A stretch of DNA of 46,333 bases, from positions 1-46,333 of the forward strand of contig JBDREM010000141.1 in the NCBI GenBank assembly GCA_043819695.1, read 5' to 3'. This document shows positions 44,341-46,333 of this stretch, one piece after another. How positions within the stretch are numbered: the first letter of the stretch is position 1; each line of letters begins with the position of its first letter. The notes under the pieces were generated by a model that made no database searches, was not told the origin of the DNA, and worked only from the letters and a program-made list of their open reading frames with translations. Origin of the DNA: Planctomycetota bacterium (GTDB taxonomy: Bacteria; Planctomycetota; PUPC01). The translations under genes were made by a program, and so were the position numbers.

Positions 44341-46190
44341 ATGACAGATCGCGAGCGGCCGCAATTCATCTGGAAAACTTATCTGTACTCCGTTCCTCTG
44401 CTCTTCCTCGCCGCGTACATCATCGCACTGCTGGGCCTGGCGCTGCTGGGCAGGGTCGAGTTCACGTTCGACTTCGTGGCGTCGGTCGACAAGATTCGCC
44501 CGCTCGCGTGGCACGTCTCGTTCCCGGTCTTTGTGGTCCTCTTCGCCGGCTTCGAAATCCAGCGGAGCCGGGGCGTCAACCTTCATCCCTTTGCCATCCA
44601 CCTCGCGATCGGCGCGTTCCTGCTGCTCGCGTTCTCCGCGTCCGAGGGGCGGGGGATGTTCGTTATCGCGCTTCCGGCGCTGGCCGCGTTGGCCGGCTTC
44701 GCTGTCCTGCCGCACCTGGTGCGTGCGCGGATTCACATCCGCGCGGAACGGCTTCTGCGCAAGCGGGGCGGGCCGATCCCATACGTGCTGTGGCTGCTCG
44801 TTTTCGTCTGGATGTTTTGGTTCAGCTATCACCGGTTCGCCTGTTACGTCGCCGGGGGCTACGACCTCGGGCTGTTCACGCAGACGGTCTGGCTGCTGTC
44901 GCGCGGCCTGGCGCCGCAGAACAGCGTGATGGGCATCCATGCGTTCGGCGACCACGCGGAGTTCGCCGATTTCCTCGCGGTGCCGCTGATGTGGATGTGG
45001 GAGAGCCCGGGCGCGCTCTTGCTGCTCCAGTCGTTCACGGTCTCGCTCGGCGTGATCGGCGTCTTCAAGTTCGCGCGCCGGAAGACGCGGTCGGCCCTCG
45101 CCGCGCTCATGCTCGCGGTCCTCTACCCGCTGCTCTTCGGGGTGCAGGCGGCGGTGATGTTCGAGTGGAACCCCGAGACGGTCGCGATCGGGTTCGTGCC
45201 GTGGCTGTTCTACTACGTAGATTCCGGCAAGTGGAAACGCGCCGTGCTGATGCTCGTCCTCATCGGGATGTGCAAGGAGAACCTGCTGCTGTTCACGGCG
45301 ACGTTCGGGCTGTTCGTGCTTTTCTACTACCGCGGCGGCAGGAGGCGCGCGGCAGGGGCGGCCATCTTCGGGCTCTCGGTCGCGGCGTTCTGGGCCGAGA
45401 TGCAGTTTTTTTTCCGCAGTTCATCAAGGGCGGGTTCCGGCACGTCGGCGACAAGGGCGCGTTCATACTCGGCCGGGGCTACGGCGCGATCGCGCGGAAA
45501 ATCATCACGAATCCGGCGTCGGCTCTGCTCTACGTGATCTCGCCGGCGAGGAAGGCCGTCCGCCTGGTCTATCCGTTCTCGACGCTGATGTTCCTGCCGG
45601 CGCTGTTCCCGTACGCCGTCCTGCTCGCCGGCCCGTTCCTCGCAACGCGATATTTCTCGATCCACGACCGGACGTGGCTGGCTTATTTCTACGGCGGCGT
45701 TCAAGAGACGCTCCTGCTCCTCTGCGTCGTGATGCTGATCCCGCACATCAAGCGGAAGGTACCCCGGGTTCGCATCGCCTCGATCGCGTTCTACGTCTCG
45801 GCGCTCGCGGCTTGTTCGCTCGCGCTGTTCCTCATCTTCACGCCGATCCAGCGAGGCGAGCTGCTCCATTACCACACGTTCTCGATGAGCTTCCGCCCGT
45901 CGCCCGCGCAGTGTGCGGCGTACGAGAAGGCGCTCGCGATGATCCCGCGCGACGCGTCGGTCGCCGCGCAGGACAACCTCGTCCCGCACCTCTCGATGCG
46001 CGAGCACATCTACCTTCTCGAGGAGCGCGTCATCGGGCAGGTCGACTACATCGTGATCGACCGGCGCGGCAAGATCATCCCGCCGCTGACCGTCAGCCGG
46101 CACGAAGCGTTCTTGAAGAAGGTCCTCGCCTCCCCCGACTACGAGGCGCGGCTCGACGAGGCGGGCGTCTGCCTGTTCGTGAAGAAGTAA
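44341..46190 (+). CDS. DUF2079-family polytopic membrane protein; reading frame interrupted in a T8 run (45406-45413)
   Basis: The N-terminal part is in track ORF 44335..45537 (...GGYDLGLFTQTVWLLSRG...FWAEMQFF). The sensible continuation FPQFIKGGFRHVGDKGAFILGRGYG...VDYIVIDRRG is in the frame of ORF 44508..46190. One extra T would fuse them into ~617 aa. Confidence 0.7.
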
Positions 46191-46216
46191 GCGAGCCATT
46201 TGCGTTGTGGCTCCCC

Positions 46217-46329
46217 AGTGTGTCGAAGGCGTCTCGCCTTCGTGTCTCGAGGCCGTCCCGGCCTCGAAAACGACCTCATCGCGGCCAAGATGGCCGCGAC
46301 ACGCGAGGGCAGGATGCCCTCGACACGCA
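46217..46329. repeat. array of four perfect short hairpins (7-9 bp stems, 3-nt loops) with GTGTC/GACAC flanks
   Basis: cgaaggcg-tct-cgccttcg (46223-46241), tcgaggccg-tcc-cggcctcga (46246-46266), tcgcggcca-aga-tggccgcga (46278-46298) and gagggca-gga-tgccctc (46304-46320). gtgtgt and gtgtc lie on the left, gacac and gacacgcac on the right. The window ends at 46333. Confidence 0.75.
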
Positions 46330-46333
46330 CATC

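Noticed and set aside
1-46333. CRISPR arrays, rRNA, transposase/IS elements and long direct repeats marking both island ends.
   Set aside because: I found no regularly spaced repeats of 25-40 nt, no rRNA-like stretches, and no DDE or IS-type ORFs. The left att copy would lie outside the window.

Overview
This is a high-GC bacterial chromosomal segment, roughly two-thirds G+C by eye. I saw no rRNA, no CRISPR array and no intact tRNA. The ORF track prints M for GTG/TTG starts, and many of its long ORFs are antisense GC artefacts.

(1) 1-7227 is a small integrative island. It holds a tyrosine integrase whose 3' end runs off the left edge, a translationally coupled XRE-type HTH gene, an AlpA/excisionase-type HTH gene and several small DNA-binding or zinc-ribbon ORFs. 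It also carries an AT-richer module of three membrane-protein cargo genes. It ends at a 3' fragment of tRNA-Cys(GCA), which I read as attR.

(2) 7305-8925 encodes a bifunctional-nuclease-family protein and a parvulin-type PPIase.

(3) 9052-37859 is a ~29 kb Wzx/Wzy-type surface-polysaccharide locus built from two sub-clusters. Sub-cluster I holds NDP-sugar genes, an atypically arranged phosphoglycosyl transferase, a DegT aminotransferase, RmlD/RmlC-like genes, a DegT relic, Wzx, Wzy, two GT4 genes, a CapK-like ligase and a methyltransferase. Sub-cluster II holds a WecA-like transferase, a second flippase, Wza-like OPX, a Wzc BY-kinase, a CpsB phosphatase and a giant O-antigen-ligase-like/TPR protein. 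An oppositely oriented PEP-CTERM protein gene and a ~760 nt non-coding gap separate them. Each sub-cluster carries one copy of a small paralogous secreted, C-terminally anchored CarboxypepD_reg-like protein. Each copy has its own sigma70-like promoter, and the two share an unusual C-terminal motif. This pair is my best candidate for something undescribed.

(4) 37863-43760 encodes a LarA-like protein, a secreted ORF, a DUF1570-like lipoprotein, a metallophosphoesterase, a ferredoxin, nadK, an ispA-like gene and xseB.

(5) 44341-46190 is a DUF2079 membrane protein, followed by a symmetric array of four 3-nt-loop hairpins.

Two large envelope genes, the ligase-like giant and DUF2079, are each split by a single-base homopolymer frameshift (a C4 run and a T8 run).
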